Below are positions 29,893-40,981 of a stretch of DNA of 64,000 bases, piece by piece (the first letter of the stretch is position 1; each line of letters opens with the position of its first letter). The DNA comes from the human T2T-CHM13v2.0 reference genome, Homo sapiens. Below the pieces are notes generated by a model. That model worked only from the letters and a program-made list of their open reading frames with translations, did not search any database and was not told where the DNA came from. The position numbers and the translations under genes are program-made. Where the stretch lies: positions 13,344,001 to 13,408,000 of the forward strand of contig CP086569.2 in NCBI GenBank assembly GCA_009914755.4, in the 5' to 3' direction.

Positions 29893-30175
29893 AACTATGC
29901 ATTTTAAGTCCTGATGAATTCTCTGGGAGGGAAGTCCAAGGTAGTCTGTTTAACCAGGCATTTCCCAAGTCTGTTTCAGCAAGAAACACGTTCCCTGTGG
30001 AATTCCCATGACTGCCTTGCAACATAGCCATGACCTATGGGACAATGGTTTTTAAAAGACTAGGAGGAAATAGTAGGAGAAAAAAGTTGGGTGGTATTTG
30101 GGATTTTCATCGTGAAGTGGGGGGATAAAAGAAAGACTAGCTGGCTCAACCAATACAGTTAAGGGTGAGGTGGTG

Positions 30176-30510
30176 TTTTGGGGTTTTGTTTTGTTTTGGT
30201 TTGTTTTGTTTTGTTTTGTTTTTTGAGACAAGCCTCATTCTGTTGCCCAGGCTGGAGTGCAGTGGAGCAATCTTGGCCCACTGTAACCACCCTTTCCTGA
30301 GTTCAAGCGATTTTCATGTCTTAGCCTCCTAAGTAGCTGGGATTATAGGTATGTGCCACCATGCCCAACTAATTTTTGTATTTTTGGTAGAGACGGGGTT
30401 TTGCCATATTGGCCAGACTGGTCTCGAACTCCTGACTTCAGGTGATCCACCCGCCTTGGCCTCCCAAAGTGCTGGGATTCCAGGCATGAGCCCCTGCACC
30501 TGGCCTGAGG
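30176..30510 (-). mobile_element. Alu SINE with (GTTTT)n tail
   Basis: gttttgttttggtttgttttgttttgttttgttttttgagacaagcctcattctgttgcccaggctggagtgcagtggagc ... gagcccctgcacctggcc. Confidence 0.88.
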
Positions 30511-31116
30511 TGTTGTTTTTCAAGTGGGTGTCATCTCCCTTGGGTCTTGGTCTCTATTTTTAATGATTCCTTGTAAGAGGAGATAATTTCCATCCATCTG
30601 GATGTGCTGTTTCTGCATCATATGGACATGCTGTTAAGCTGTGAAAGTTTAAAACCAGAACAAGCTACCAGGAAGCTTCCAGAACACCTCTTGACTTAGC
30701 CAGCTTCACGCTGCTCTGCCTGGCAAATATTTAAGTTTTTAAGGTTATTGAACTGCTGGTAACATTAACGGCCAGAATCTTTCTCTTCCTTTCTTCTTTC
30801 CCCTTTCTTTTCTCTCTTTCTCTTTCTGTCTCTCCACCCCAACCCTGCTTCTCTCTTGCTCACTTTCTTTTTTTGACTTGCATATTTTTCAACGATGAAA
30901 GTAATAAATCTGCGGAAAAAAGTGTCTGCCAGATGTTACAAAAAATGGAGAGAAACCAACTCTAAAACACATGAAAATGCACAGCACACTTGGGGTTTCA
31001 TGAATGGTCAAGCCAAAGGTATTTGGAGCACTGAAAACAAGTGAGAAAAAAGACTTGTCTCTCAGCCTGATTAGCTTTCTGTGATGATAACATAAAGTGT
31101 CCTTTGAGTATAAAGC

Positions 31117-31834
31117 CACCTTTGTGAAAATTATGACTGAGGAAATGATGACAGTGAAAGAGGTCAGACCTAACCAACTCCATCTTGCTTCTAACCTTTT
31201 AAGTTGTCCTTGTTCTTTCCTGGGTGTGGGCCAAACTAGCCTTGGGAAGGAGTTTAGTTCATGGTTTAACTCTGAAACAAAATTGATAATAATCCTTTCC
31301 TTAAAAGAACACTTCCTTGCTTGGGGACCAGTCTGCCTTTGCAAATTAGCTACAAGATTAGAAATTTCAGTTTAGGGGTCATGCAGCCTCTGGCTCCAAG
31401 AGTCTGAACCTCCCCAAGTTTCTCCTGGGGGTAACATCACTATTGTAAAGCCTAAGATCAGAACTTGAGATATTTTGCAGACCCTGCACTGGATGGATTA
31501 GCTAGCAACACCCAGACCTGTATTCTGGCTCTATCAGCTCTGCTATCCACCCAGAAGAGAAGACAGCAAGAAATCCTGACTTCAACCCCCTATGATTCCA
31601 TTTCTAACTTGACCAATCAGCACTCCCCACTTCCCAAGCCCGTACCCACCAAATTATCCTTAAAATCTCTGGTCTCTGAATGCCTGGGGAGACTTATTTG
31701 AGTAATAATAAAACTACAGACTCCCTTGGAGCCAGCTCTGCCTGGATTACTCTTTCTCCATTACAATTCCCCTATCTTGATAAATCAGCTCTGTCTAGGC
31801 AGCCTACAAAGTGAAGAAATTGGGTGGTTACAAG
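31117..31834 (+). mobile_element. LTR-like element, family X copy 3 (about 88% identical to copy 1), uninterrupted
   Basis: ccacctttgtgaaaattatgactgaggaaatgatgacagtgaaagaggtcagacc...ttgaccaatcagcactccccacttcccaagcc...gagtaataataaaactacagac...gataaatcagctctgtctaggcag...ggttacaag. Confidence 0.6.
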
Positions 31835-32449
31835 TATGCCATAGTGGTTTCAGATATCAAAGAAAAGGGAAAATATGATTGTTTCTCTCTACTGAACTTT
31901 CTTGCTACCCCCAAGTGAGGAAGGAAACTACATTTCCAGTAAGGTAGCTATTACACACATGTATTTCAAATGCAGCCAGGCTAAACCTGCTAGCAAATAA
32001 AAAGGGAAACATCATCAAACCAGAGTTAGAAAGAGTTTCAACTCCACAGATTCTTACTTCCACCACTGTAGAGATTCTCACACTGTGGGTAGCAAGGTGG
32101 TTTTAGCTTTGGGTAGATATCTATGGAGAAAACAACATTGCATTGTTATAAAAGAAAATTGTCCTTCCCTTAGGAGCAGCCTGCAGAAACAAGCACATCA
32201 GTGTGTCTATCAACCTTGCAGTTTGTTCTCATTTGCTGCCCATGGTGTGTTTATAGATTACCATTGTCCAGTTAAAAATCACTTTGCAGATAGAATTAAA
32301 ACCTTGAAACCTGAAACTTAAAAAAAAAAAGGTTTCTGTTTTGTTCCTGAAGTTTGTTTCCATGGCAAGAATCCAGTGTAGCTGTCTGCCATGATGGAAG
32401 CAAGTAATACAAAAAAGAAATCTAGGAAGAATTGTCATGGAATAAATTT

Positions 32450-33230
32450 ACCAACAGTTTGATGCCTGTGATGAAAATAACACCAACCTTATATTCCTGG
32501 ACCAAACTAAGGGTTGGGCTGCTATTTCTCATGGCCCTATAATGAGACGCAGATGAACTGGGGAGGAAGAGAGTTTTTATTCTGCAACCAGTTACAGGGA
32601 GAAGGCCTGGAAATTATCACCAGACTGTTAGAAACAAATGCTTGTTCCTTGGTGCCAAAAAAAAAGAACTAGCACTCAGATGAAGAATTTTCTCAGCAAG
32701 GCAATTTTTACTTCTATAGAAGGATGTAACTTGTGGATGGAGCAATGGCAAGAGCACACCAGAACAAGGGAGGGGAAGGGGTTTTGATTCCTGTTGCAGG
32801 TCACCTCTGCTGATGAGTCATTCCTCTATCTGGTATGGCTGGGCCACACAGCCTAAGCTAATTCTGATTGGTTATTTTAAAAAGAGCAGGGGTATGAGTC
32901 AGAGTGGTGTGGTGAGTAGTTTCATGAGAAGGACGGTTACAGAACAGGTGACTCAGGATGAGTCAGGTCAGAGCAGGTGACCAGGGGTGACTCAAGATGG
33001 AGTACAAGACCAGGGGATCAGAGGTAAACTACTGATTAGAACTGACAGGAAAGTTGTTTACTGAAACTAGAGGCAAGGGGGTGAAGAGAACCAGGAAGTT
33101 GAACTTTAAAATGGAAAACAAAGAATAAAATAGCTGAACATATTGACATACTGATTCTTTGAAGAGAAACTTGGAGTTCACTATATTTAACAATCTCCCA
33201 TCTTGAATTTTTACAGTTCTTTCTTCAAAC
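32450..33230 (-). mobile_element. ERV1-type LTR-like segment S1 (putative 3' LTR of provirus B). Reverse-complement shows U3-like CCAAT, TATA and AP-1 motifs
   Basis: Reverse-complement reads tgttaaatatagtgaactcc...tgagtcacccctggtcacctgctctgacctgactcatcctgagtcacc...ccaatcagaattagc...cttctatagaagtaaaaattgcc...gcagaataaaaactctc. Lies immediately 3' of env-B and is homologous to 39260-39830. Confidence 0.5.
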
Positions 33231-35330
33231 TTCCTTAACATGTCTTGATTCAGTTGTTCTACTTGATTCTCTAAAAGAAGCTTCTCTGAATAAGGTGAAG
33301 AGTTGAGGAAGGTTTTAGTAAGTGCTGTCTCTATGAGTCTGTGCACCTGCCCATGATTCATGGTATGGCACAGCACCCTACAAGAATAAGTACAGCTGCT
33401 ATGGCTGCGAGAGAAGTAAGAATTGAGGTTGTGATTCTTTTCCATTTACCAAAACATTTTTCTAGCCACCCTGTGAAAGGGTCATTTGCCCCCAAGTTTT
33501 TGGCTAACTCACTGGACAGAGCACTTAGACCTTGCAATGCCTTTGTTATACTTCCATCAGGAGTGGTGTTGTTTGTGATGAACGTAGTACATTGAGTTTT
33601 AATCATGAAGCAAACTCCTCCGCTTTCTGCTAATATCATGTCTAAGCCTATCCTATTTTCCCAAGCCATCTGGCAAGCAGCCCCTAATTGCTCAGCTATT
33701 CCTTTAACAGCATCTCTAGTGTAGTTAATAAAGTGCTGTTTGTTGTATAAATATAATTTATCTAATCTACATGCTTATTAATTGTCACCCACCAAAATAT
33801 TGACAAAAATCCTGCAGCTATTTGATTGTGGGCTTTAAATTTATCTGGTACTCCTTGTGGGACTCCAATTGCATCTAGATAGATGTGTAGGTTAAAAGAC
33901 CCATAAGGGGCTTCTCTTGCTTTATGATATTGCATTTTTCTTTCCTTTGGCTGATAAAATGCCAGTGTGAAAGGGATAGCCAATTGGATTAGAGCACAAG
34001 TGCTGCTCCAGTTACTCAGCAGAGTGTCCAGTAAAGCTCCACCACAGTGCCACCACACATCTGCTAGGGGATGAACAAGGGCCGACTGATTGATAAGCTC
34101 TTGAAAATTCTTACACTCACAGCATCCCCTCAGGTCTCCAAGGATTACTAAGTTTCCTCCTTGTCGTGAGAGACACGAAGTAACTTAGTGTTGGGAGACA
34201 GAAGCTGGATGGCCCTCAGGGGCTGGCCTGCAGGGTGTCAACCTTTGGGATATAGCAGAGAGAGAGCTTGGCACAACTTGTTACCCCAGACTGTGGAATC
34301 CTGGAAAAGAACTACCATACAGCCCATGCCTGGTCAACTGGAGGACCATCCTAGTCGAAATGTGACAATCTGGGCCTCTGGCCTGCCATGCGCACAAGCG
34401 TAACAATTGCTTTTGTTTAATGTGTGGACAGAATATTTGATCCATTCCAATCAGGCATTTGCATCTTGATATCCTGGCTCTATTGCCAGTTTGTTATAAA
34501 TCATTTACCTTTTACAACATCTACTCTGGTCCTATCATTGGGTATGGAAAGGATGACAGTTTGATCAGAAGAAGTTCTAAACAGAGAAGAGGAGCTAGGG
34601 GGTGAAGAGGGTGAGGGATTAATAAAATGCATTTCAAATGAGTCTATGAGGTCTGTGCCAGCCAAGTTAGCTCCCATGTCATAGAAGCAACATAAAGTGG
34701 CGTCAGGATCAGTAGAGGTAAGAATAGAAAGCTGCATCAGATTGCATTGATATTATTGACAATTAGAGGGAACACTTTATTTGGTGAAATGGAGTAACGG
34801 TTCTAGAGAGGTGCAGCCCTTTGAGGAAGTCCACCCTTGTTCCTCAGTGGTCCATAGGAGGGACAGTGCTATGGAGGTCCATAGGACCTCATTAGTGCTA
34901 TGGACCACTTGTTCCTCAGTGGTCCATAGGAGGGAGCTAGAAACTAGTCCATGTTTTGTTCCTAAAATGTGAGAAACATAAGGGAGTTGGTCTCTATGAA
35001 GCAAGAGTTGCAGAGGTCAGATGTGCCTTTGGAGAGACAGATATTTTTCTGAGGAGGCCAGTTACCTTTGGTTTTGGAGATCCCTGCAAGGTATGGTGAG
35101 CAAGCATCAAATGTGATTGTCTCAGGAAAAGGTGACCTGGTTACATTAATAACAAGGTGCTCAGCAGTAGAGCAAGGAAAGGAGGAGTTATAAAATAAAT
35201 GGAGGGTTAAACTTTGCTTAGCTTTAGTTTGGTAGAGTTTTGTCCTGGGACTATGGCCCATGACTCCAGAGGGGACAGTGCTCTTTTGACTCAGGTGTGA
35301 TGGGTCCAGCCTCTTTCTGCTGTCCAAACT
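33230..35330 (-). pseudogene. Retroviral env remnant B (SU and TM), gammaretrovirus-like, frameshifted
   Basis: TM ORF 33358-33669 contains AWENRIGLDMILAESGGVCFMIKTQC (immunosuppressive-domain-like, NR..LD.L.AE.GG.C with CX6C), then LTSLAAIAAVLILVGCCAIP anchor. Upstream ORFs 33762-34058, 34501-34737 and 34962-35327 are SU-like with N-glycosylation sites. The reading frame is broken into four or more ORFs. Confidence 0.7.
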
Positions 35331-35833
35331 GCAGTTTCAGTAGTTAGGAGCACTAAGTAATGTCCTTCCCAGGCTGGTTTGAGCTTTTTGCCTTCCAGCT
35401 TTTGATGAGGACATGATCCCCAGGTTGATATTGTTGCCTTGCGAACTCCAGGGGTGGCAACTGTGCTAAGAGACCTTTAGTTTTATGGAAGAGAAAATAG
35501 ATGACAGACCAAGTGTATAATTTTTAAGAAACTGATCTTTTGTTTCAAAGGTAGGAATGTCAGCAGTGGCATGTAAATAAGGCAATATGTACTGCCATCT
35601 CATAAGGAGAAAGACCAGTCTCTTTCTGCAGGGAAGTTCAGATTCTCAGCAGGACAATAAGAAGGCATTTGGTCCATGGTAACTGAATCTCCAGAACCAA
35701 TTTGGTTCAGTGGTTTTTTAGAGTTTGGTTCAGTCTTTCCACTCTTCCTGATGAAGGTGGGTGCCAGAGAGTATGATATTCCCATGTCATATCCAGTACC
35801 TGGGCTAATTTTTAATGACATGTGCAGTAAAAT
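35291..35833 (-). pseudogene. Retroviral integrase C-terminal remnant B
   Basis: Reverse-complement translation gives LAQVLDMTWEYHTLWHPPSSGRVERLNQTLK and QPGDHVLIKSWKAK..LKPAWEGHYLVLLTTETAVWTAERGWTHHT. These match the gammaretroviral IN motifs GQVERMNRTIKETL and PGD.V.V.....LEPRW.[13 protein letters not shown].G...WIH. Confidence 0.7.
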
Positions 35834-36290
35834 TGTAGCAGGACAAACCACAGACAAGCACCCCTCAGACATCAACTTGTGGAAGGAAAGGCCTTTATTC
35901 AGCTGGGAGCATTGGCAAACTCACATCTCCAAAAACCAAGCTCCCCAAGTGAGCAATTTGTGTCCCTTTTAAGGGCTTACAACTCTAAGGGACTCTGCAT
36001 GAGAAAGTTATGATCTATTGAGCAAGCATGGGGTATGTGACTGGGATCTGCATGCACCAGCAATGAGAACAGAACAGTACAGGACAGGGATTTTCACGGT
36101 ACTTTTCCATACAATGTCTGGAATCTATAGATAATATAACCGATAAGGTCGGGGGTCAATCTTTAACTACCAGGTCTGGAATGCAGTGTTAGGCTGCCTG
36201 ACTAGTGATTTCATTTCTGTCTTTTCTTTAACTGCTACTTTTCCTTTGAGGCAGAAATTTAGTCATAAAACAATATGAGAGGTGGTCTCC
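35834..36290 (-). mobile_element. Putative 3' LTR of provirus A (polypurine tract, U3/R with AATAAA, ends ..CA); unrelated to S1 and S2
   Basis: Reverse-complement: polypurine tract aaagtgggggaacaagggagg at 36293-36310, directly after the env-A stop. Then ...cccagctgaataaaggcc...ttgtctgtggtttgtcctgctaca, which abuts IN-B sequence. Confidence 0.45.
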
Positions 36291-36322
36291 TCCCTTGTTC
36301 CCCCACTTTGAAACCTCACTCA

Positions 36323-37810
36323 TTAGTGGGAGTTCTCACTTTCATCCTCACTACTCATGTCTTCTTGCAAGACAGATCGATAGTGATTCATATGGTACAC
36401 TTGTGCTGACACATTTTGGTGAACTTGGGTAGTGATGAAGCTTTTTATCCTTTGAAGAAGTACAGGTAGCAAACAAGGGAGTAGTAAGCAGGTTCCTATT
36501 ACTATTATAACTCCTATTATAAGAGTTTTAAATCCTCCTAGCACTGGGAACCATTTTCCAAACATGGCCCCAGGATCAAATCCATGCCACACTTGCATGG
36601 GCACATGTGCCAGTTTTGTCATATCTCTAACAATGTCTTTAACTACTTCCCCTTGATCATCTATGTGTAGACAGCAATTACTAAGGTTAAATTTCCCACA
36701 GACCTCCCCTTCAGCTGCTAGCAAGTAGTCAAGAGCCAATCTATTTTGATAGATAGCATTTCTCTTCTGAGTTTCTTGCCAGGCCACAATAGTCAAGGCT
36801 CTGCGGTTTTATTAGTGATGATTTCTAAGACAGCTTGTAACCCTATGATTCGGTTGAGCATGTAAATGGGGCTCCAGTATCCCCATAAGCCGTCTTGCGC
36901 CTAAGTAGCAGGCTCATAATAGTGTATGATTCTCTGAGGGGGCCATTCATCATCTTTCCAATTTCCTACAGCCATGCTTCTCTTTTCATGAGAAGCATAT
37001 ACAGGGAAGCCCAGGAGTTCACCTGTTTTTATGGGCAGTAGGAAGAAAGATGGTTTAATAGTGCCAATAACACAACTACCTGCCCGTTGGTCGGGTAATT
37101 TGGCATAAGCTATATGCCCACATATCCAGTATAATCCATTGGGGGCTGTCCAGTCCCGGTGGGACTCCAGGTGGGTCCACACAGTTTGCAACTTTGGAAA
37201 TTTATTAAACAGATTCCTCTCTGTGTGATTTGAACTTCACCAAGTGACAATTTTGGGGTATCATTATACAGTTTCTGTCCCAGACAACTAAGTCATCCTA
37301 CAGGGTGAGAGAATTATTTTTCTTCTCCAGTATGGATTATTGTCCAATAATATAGGCTTTTAGGACCCAGAAATTATCACGGTGATTCTTTTGAGCCAGC
37401 AATTCATCAGTAACTGGGTCTATATTATCGAATTTCTCATGGCCATTGATCTCCCATCACAGTTCCTCCACATACATAACACGAAGTGACATTGAGAGAC
37501 TGGGCTACATGCTCGGCTAATTGCAAAAATAAATTTCTTGTTTTTCCTGGAATTTCTGGTACTGGCACATTCATCATAGAAAGTTTGAAACACTGGCTCA
37601 GGATAGGGTTTAAAAGGAACATGTTCCTTTTAAAGTTCCTAGGCATTCATAGTAACTATAGAACAGAAAGATTGTTTTAACTTGCTGCCCTACCTTGGTA
37701 ACCTGATATATACACTGAGAGCAGTCCTCCATGCGGGGAAAATCAGTGGAAGTTTTTACTATACAAGTCCAAATTATAAGGAAAATGAGTCCCATGATGA
37801 TCCTCCTCAT
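36323..37810 (-). pseudogene. Retroviral env remnant A (SU and TM), ERV1-class (possibly HERV-H/F-like), frameshifted in SU, TM open
   Basis: TM ORF 36323-36796: [59 protein letters not shown], membrane anchor [23 protein letters not shown], cytoplasmic tail. SU ORFs 36901-37191 (LYWICGHIAYAKLP..GSCVIGTIKPSFFLLP), 37437-37646 (CYVCGG..GDQWP) and 37610-37810 (signal-peptide-like). Confidence 0.75.
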
Positions 37811-37830
37811 GCTTCAGCCACGTAGACCAG

Positions 37831-39255
37831 TCAGCTTCTGGGTGTGACTGGAACAGGGCTTGTCGTCCTCCTCAGAGTCACTTTGCAGGGGTTGTCCGGG
37901 CTCGGTTTTGCCTCCCAGGTTTCATTGGCTGCAGGTTTCACACGGCTGTGGTGGATCCAGGCTGGGATTCCTTCTACCTTTACAGCCGTGGGGGTGGTCA
38001 GGATGATGGTCTGAGGTCCTTTCCACCGTGGCCCCAAAGGGGCTACGTTCCAGTCCTTGATCCACATGCGATCACTTGGAGAGAAAGGGTGAACTGGAGA
38101 GAATAAGCTGATGGGACACCTCTCATTTGCCCAAGTTGAGATTGTCTGTGTAATTTTTCCCAATGCCTGTAGCTGTCAGTGTAATTCAATTCCACCTAAC
38201 TCTCAGGGAGTGCCTGGAAGTCCCCACAGTATAGGAGGAGGCCTATGATACAGTATTTCATAAGGGCAGTATCCTGTTTTCTTAGAAGGCATGAGTCTTA
38301 TTTTAAACAATGCCATAGGAAGGGCATGTATCCACCTTAATCCTGTTTCCTTAATTTTTCCAAATGTATGAGCCACTGCAAGACATACTTAGAATAAGTA
38401 TAGATAGTTCCTTCCTGGTTTTGTATGTACTTCAAAACTTGGCTGAGTGCAAACAGCTCACATGTTTGACCAGACCAATTATTAGGCAATTTTCCTGACT
38501 CTATTATTATAAGAGTTTCTCTGTCAATTTACTGAATACCCATTGTGTCTTTTTCCCTCAATCACCCAGGAGGAACTATCTATAAATAAGTGTCATCCCA
38601 TCCTGAAGGGAGTTTTCTCCTAGGTCTGGTCAGACCTTTATATGGTAATTATTTAAGGATATGATGACTTCAACCAATTCAAGCTCAATTTTCCATTTAC
38701 TTTTGCTAATTAAATGACTTTTTCTAATATTTGACTGAATAAATTTGGAGACTTCGTAAGACTTTGGGTAAGACTGTCTATCAGTTTTACTGTTTTTGAC
38801 TGCAGTGAGGTCTTGTCTCTCAAAGGCAAATAACTCTTGTCTGTCTTCTGCTAACAGAAAAGCCCAGAAGGCATCTTTTAAATCTATTACTGTAAACCAC
38901 TGGTGACTGTATGGGAAAAACAGGGTGGGTAGTTTGGACTATCTGATTAATAATAGCTCTAAGGTCTTGCACTAACCATCTTGCTTCTTTACAGGGAGTA
39001 TTGGAGTCTTATAGGGAGACTTACAGGGCTTAAGAAGCCCATCACAGAGAAGACCTTCAATTATCAATTGCAGGTTTTAAATTTACCCTGGCTTTTAAAG
39101 GAATGGGGTACATTGCTTTCTTGTTCTACTTTCCCAGGGGTGTTTAACTTTTTTAATTTAGCAGGAATTGGAGGAATCTGTAAATTTCCTCGATTCCCAT
39201 CTTTTGTTATGGTGGTGAGAAAGTTTAGGAGATGGAGGAATTTTCTAAGATTGAT
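37831..39255 (-). pseudogene. Retroviral pol remnant A: RT N-terminal part, internal deletion, RNaseH fragment, integrase
   Basis: Reverse-complement translations: LQIPPIPAKLKK..GLLKPCKSPYKTPILPVKK..LVQDLRAINQIVQTTHPVFP..HQWFTVIDLKDAFWAFLLAEDRQELFAFE (RT). Then TCELFALSQVLKYIQNQEGTIYTYS (RNaseH-like), ETGLRWIHALPMALFKIRLMPSKKTGYCPYEILYHRPPP and PRWKGPQTIILTTPTAVKVEGIPAWIHHSRVKPA (integrase C-terminus; compare MLV [33 protein letters not shown]). Confidence 0.75.
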
Positions 39256-39259
39256 TTAG

Positions 39260-39830
39260 AGGCCTAGGCCTAAGTGTAACATTAACTCCTGTTATATATA
39301 AAGTTTCAGTGCCACAAAAGAAATAGCAGTCGAATATAAAATTTTCTTTTAAATTCTCAGCAAGGCAAGTTACTTTTATAGAAGTTTGTCCATTACAGAT
39401 GGAATAATGGTGAGTGCATACCTGGACAAGGGAAGGGAAGGGGTTCTTATTCCTGATGCAAGTGGCCCCTGCTGCTGTGTTGTACCCCTATTGGCTAGGG
39501 TTAGATTGCACAGGCTAAACTAATTCTGATTGGCTAATTTAAAGAGAATGATGGGGTGAGTGCCTGGTGGGAGTCAGGGCAGAGCAGGTAGCAGGTAATT
39601 GGAATGAGTTAGGGTGGAGCAGGTGATTGGAATGTAGGGTGGAACAGGTGATAGAAGGAGTCAGGGTGGAGTAAGTAATCGAAAAAGCTTGCTTTATGAG
39701 GAAGTTTAAAAGTAGAAGGCAAAGAATTGAACATACTGACATATTAATTCTTTGAAAAGAAATTTAGAACTCATATCTAACAATCCCTTCCTAATAGATT
39801 TGTACCTGCTTCCAGAATTAAAAGAAATTT
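39260..39830 (-). mobile_element. ERV1-type LTR-like segment S2 (homologous to S1), lying between the gag fragment and RT
   Basis: Collinear homology to 32450-33230 on the same strand (ccagaacaagggaggggaaggggtt..gattcctg...ctaa.ctaattctgattgg.tatttaaa...gaacatactgacata.t.attctttgaa.aga). Reverse-complement has ccaatcagaattag, cttctataaaagtaacttgcc and a 30-35 bp repeat cacctg.tccaccct. Confidence 0.5.
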
Positions 39831-39934
39831 AATATTAGCTGATGTGCTTTTATATATGACTTTTGTTCTTTTTCCCATTTGGGACATTCTCTTTTGAAGT
39901 GACCTATTTTTAATTTGAAGCATTTGTTTTGTCC

Positions 39935-40074
39935 TCTTTCTCTCCCTTTGCCTCTCCCTCTCTCTTTGCCTCTCTGTATCTCTCTCTCTCTCTTTCTCTG
40001 CCTCTCTGTCTCTCTCTTTCTTTCGCTCTCTGACTCTCTCTTTCACTCTCTGACTCTCTCTTTCTCTCTCTCTC
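39935..40074. repeat. (TC)n / (CTCT)n simple repeat inside the proviral remnant
   Basis: ctctccctttgcctctccctctctctttgcctctctgtatctctctctctctctttctctgcctctctgtc...; the overlapping ORFs (RERERE.., LSLPL..) are artefacts. Confidence 0.9.
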
Positions 40075-40124
40075 ACATATACATTTTGGGCTTCTCTTAG
40101 AAGCTCTTCTATAGGTTTATCTTT

Positions 40125-40439
40125 CTAGTTCTCTATATTTTGTAATTTCTTGTTAATATCTGGCCAGCTGTTAGTGACAAAATGAAATTTTAACATTCCC
40201 TGCCCAGGAGGATCCTCAAGACCAGCATATTTTCTCAATTGTTTCTTTAATCTGTCTAACAATTCTATAGGCCTTTCGTCTTTGTCTTGCTGTATATCAA
40301 ATATTTGGGTAAGATTCTGGGTTCGGGGTACTGATCTTTTAATCCCCTTTATTATCAATTCCTTAATGTCCTGCACATTTTCTTGGTGAGCTGCATTGTT
40401 ATTGTCTCCCCAGTATATGGAGTTCACTATATTTAACAA
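40125..40439 (-). pseudogene. Retroviral gag capsid fragment (major homology region)
   Basis: DKDERPIELLDRLKKQLRKYAGLEDPPGQGMLKFHFVTNSWPDINKKLQ aligns with the MLV capsid region [48 protein letters not shown]. Confidence 0.7.
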
Positions 40440-40981
40440 GACTAACCTAATATTAGTTTTCCAGAGCTTATATACCTTCCAACCTATATGACATGTAAGT
40501 GTGCATTTATCTAATGATGTAAGTGATTAACTTCTTTTAATCTATAACTAAGGTCTGAGTCCTGAGGACCTTCCTCTGGAGCCTCAGTAAATTGACTTAA
40601 TCTAATGGGTCCAGGTGCCAGGGTGATTACCCATATGTTGTCTCCTGCTAAGTCACAGAGGTTTAGGGAGTTCCTTCAAACCCCCAATAAACGTGTTAGT
40701 GGAGGCCTGGGGAGTTTTTGCAGACCCCCAATAAAACTTGTTTAATCCTAAATGGGTCCTGTTAAGAATTCCTTCATTATTTTGTCACGCTTTAAGGCCC
40801 GGGAAAGTCCTGGAAAAAAACTCCTGGTGGGCTTTTTTTACATTCCAGCCTTTGTATAAGGGCACTGGCTTTTAATATTTAACCACTCAGTCTATACTGA
40901 ATCAGGTGTTGTAGGGGCCTGTGTTAGTGAGAACTGGCCTGCCACACTTCCACTCTGTTTCCAAGTGCTCTCACTCATGCA

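Noticed and set aside
36323-36796. env-A TM considered as an intact, functional captured env gene
   Set aside because: The frame begins with TTG in the ORF track and no upstream in-frame ATG is visible. The SU is broken into three or more frames. It is reported as an observation only, not as a gene.
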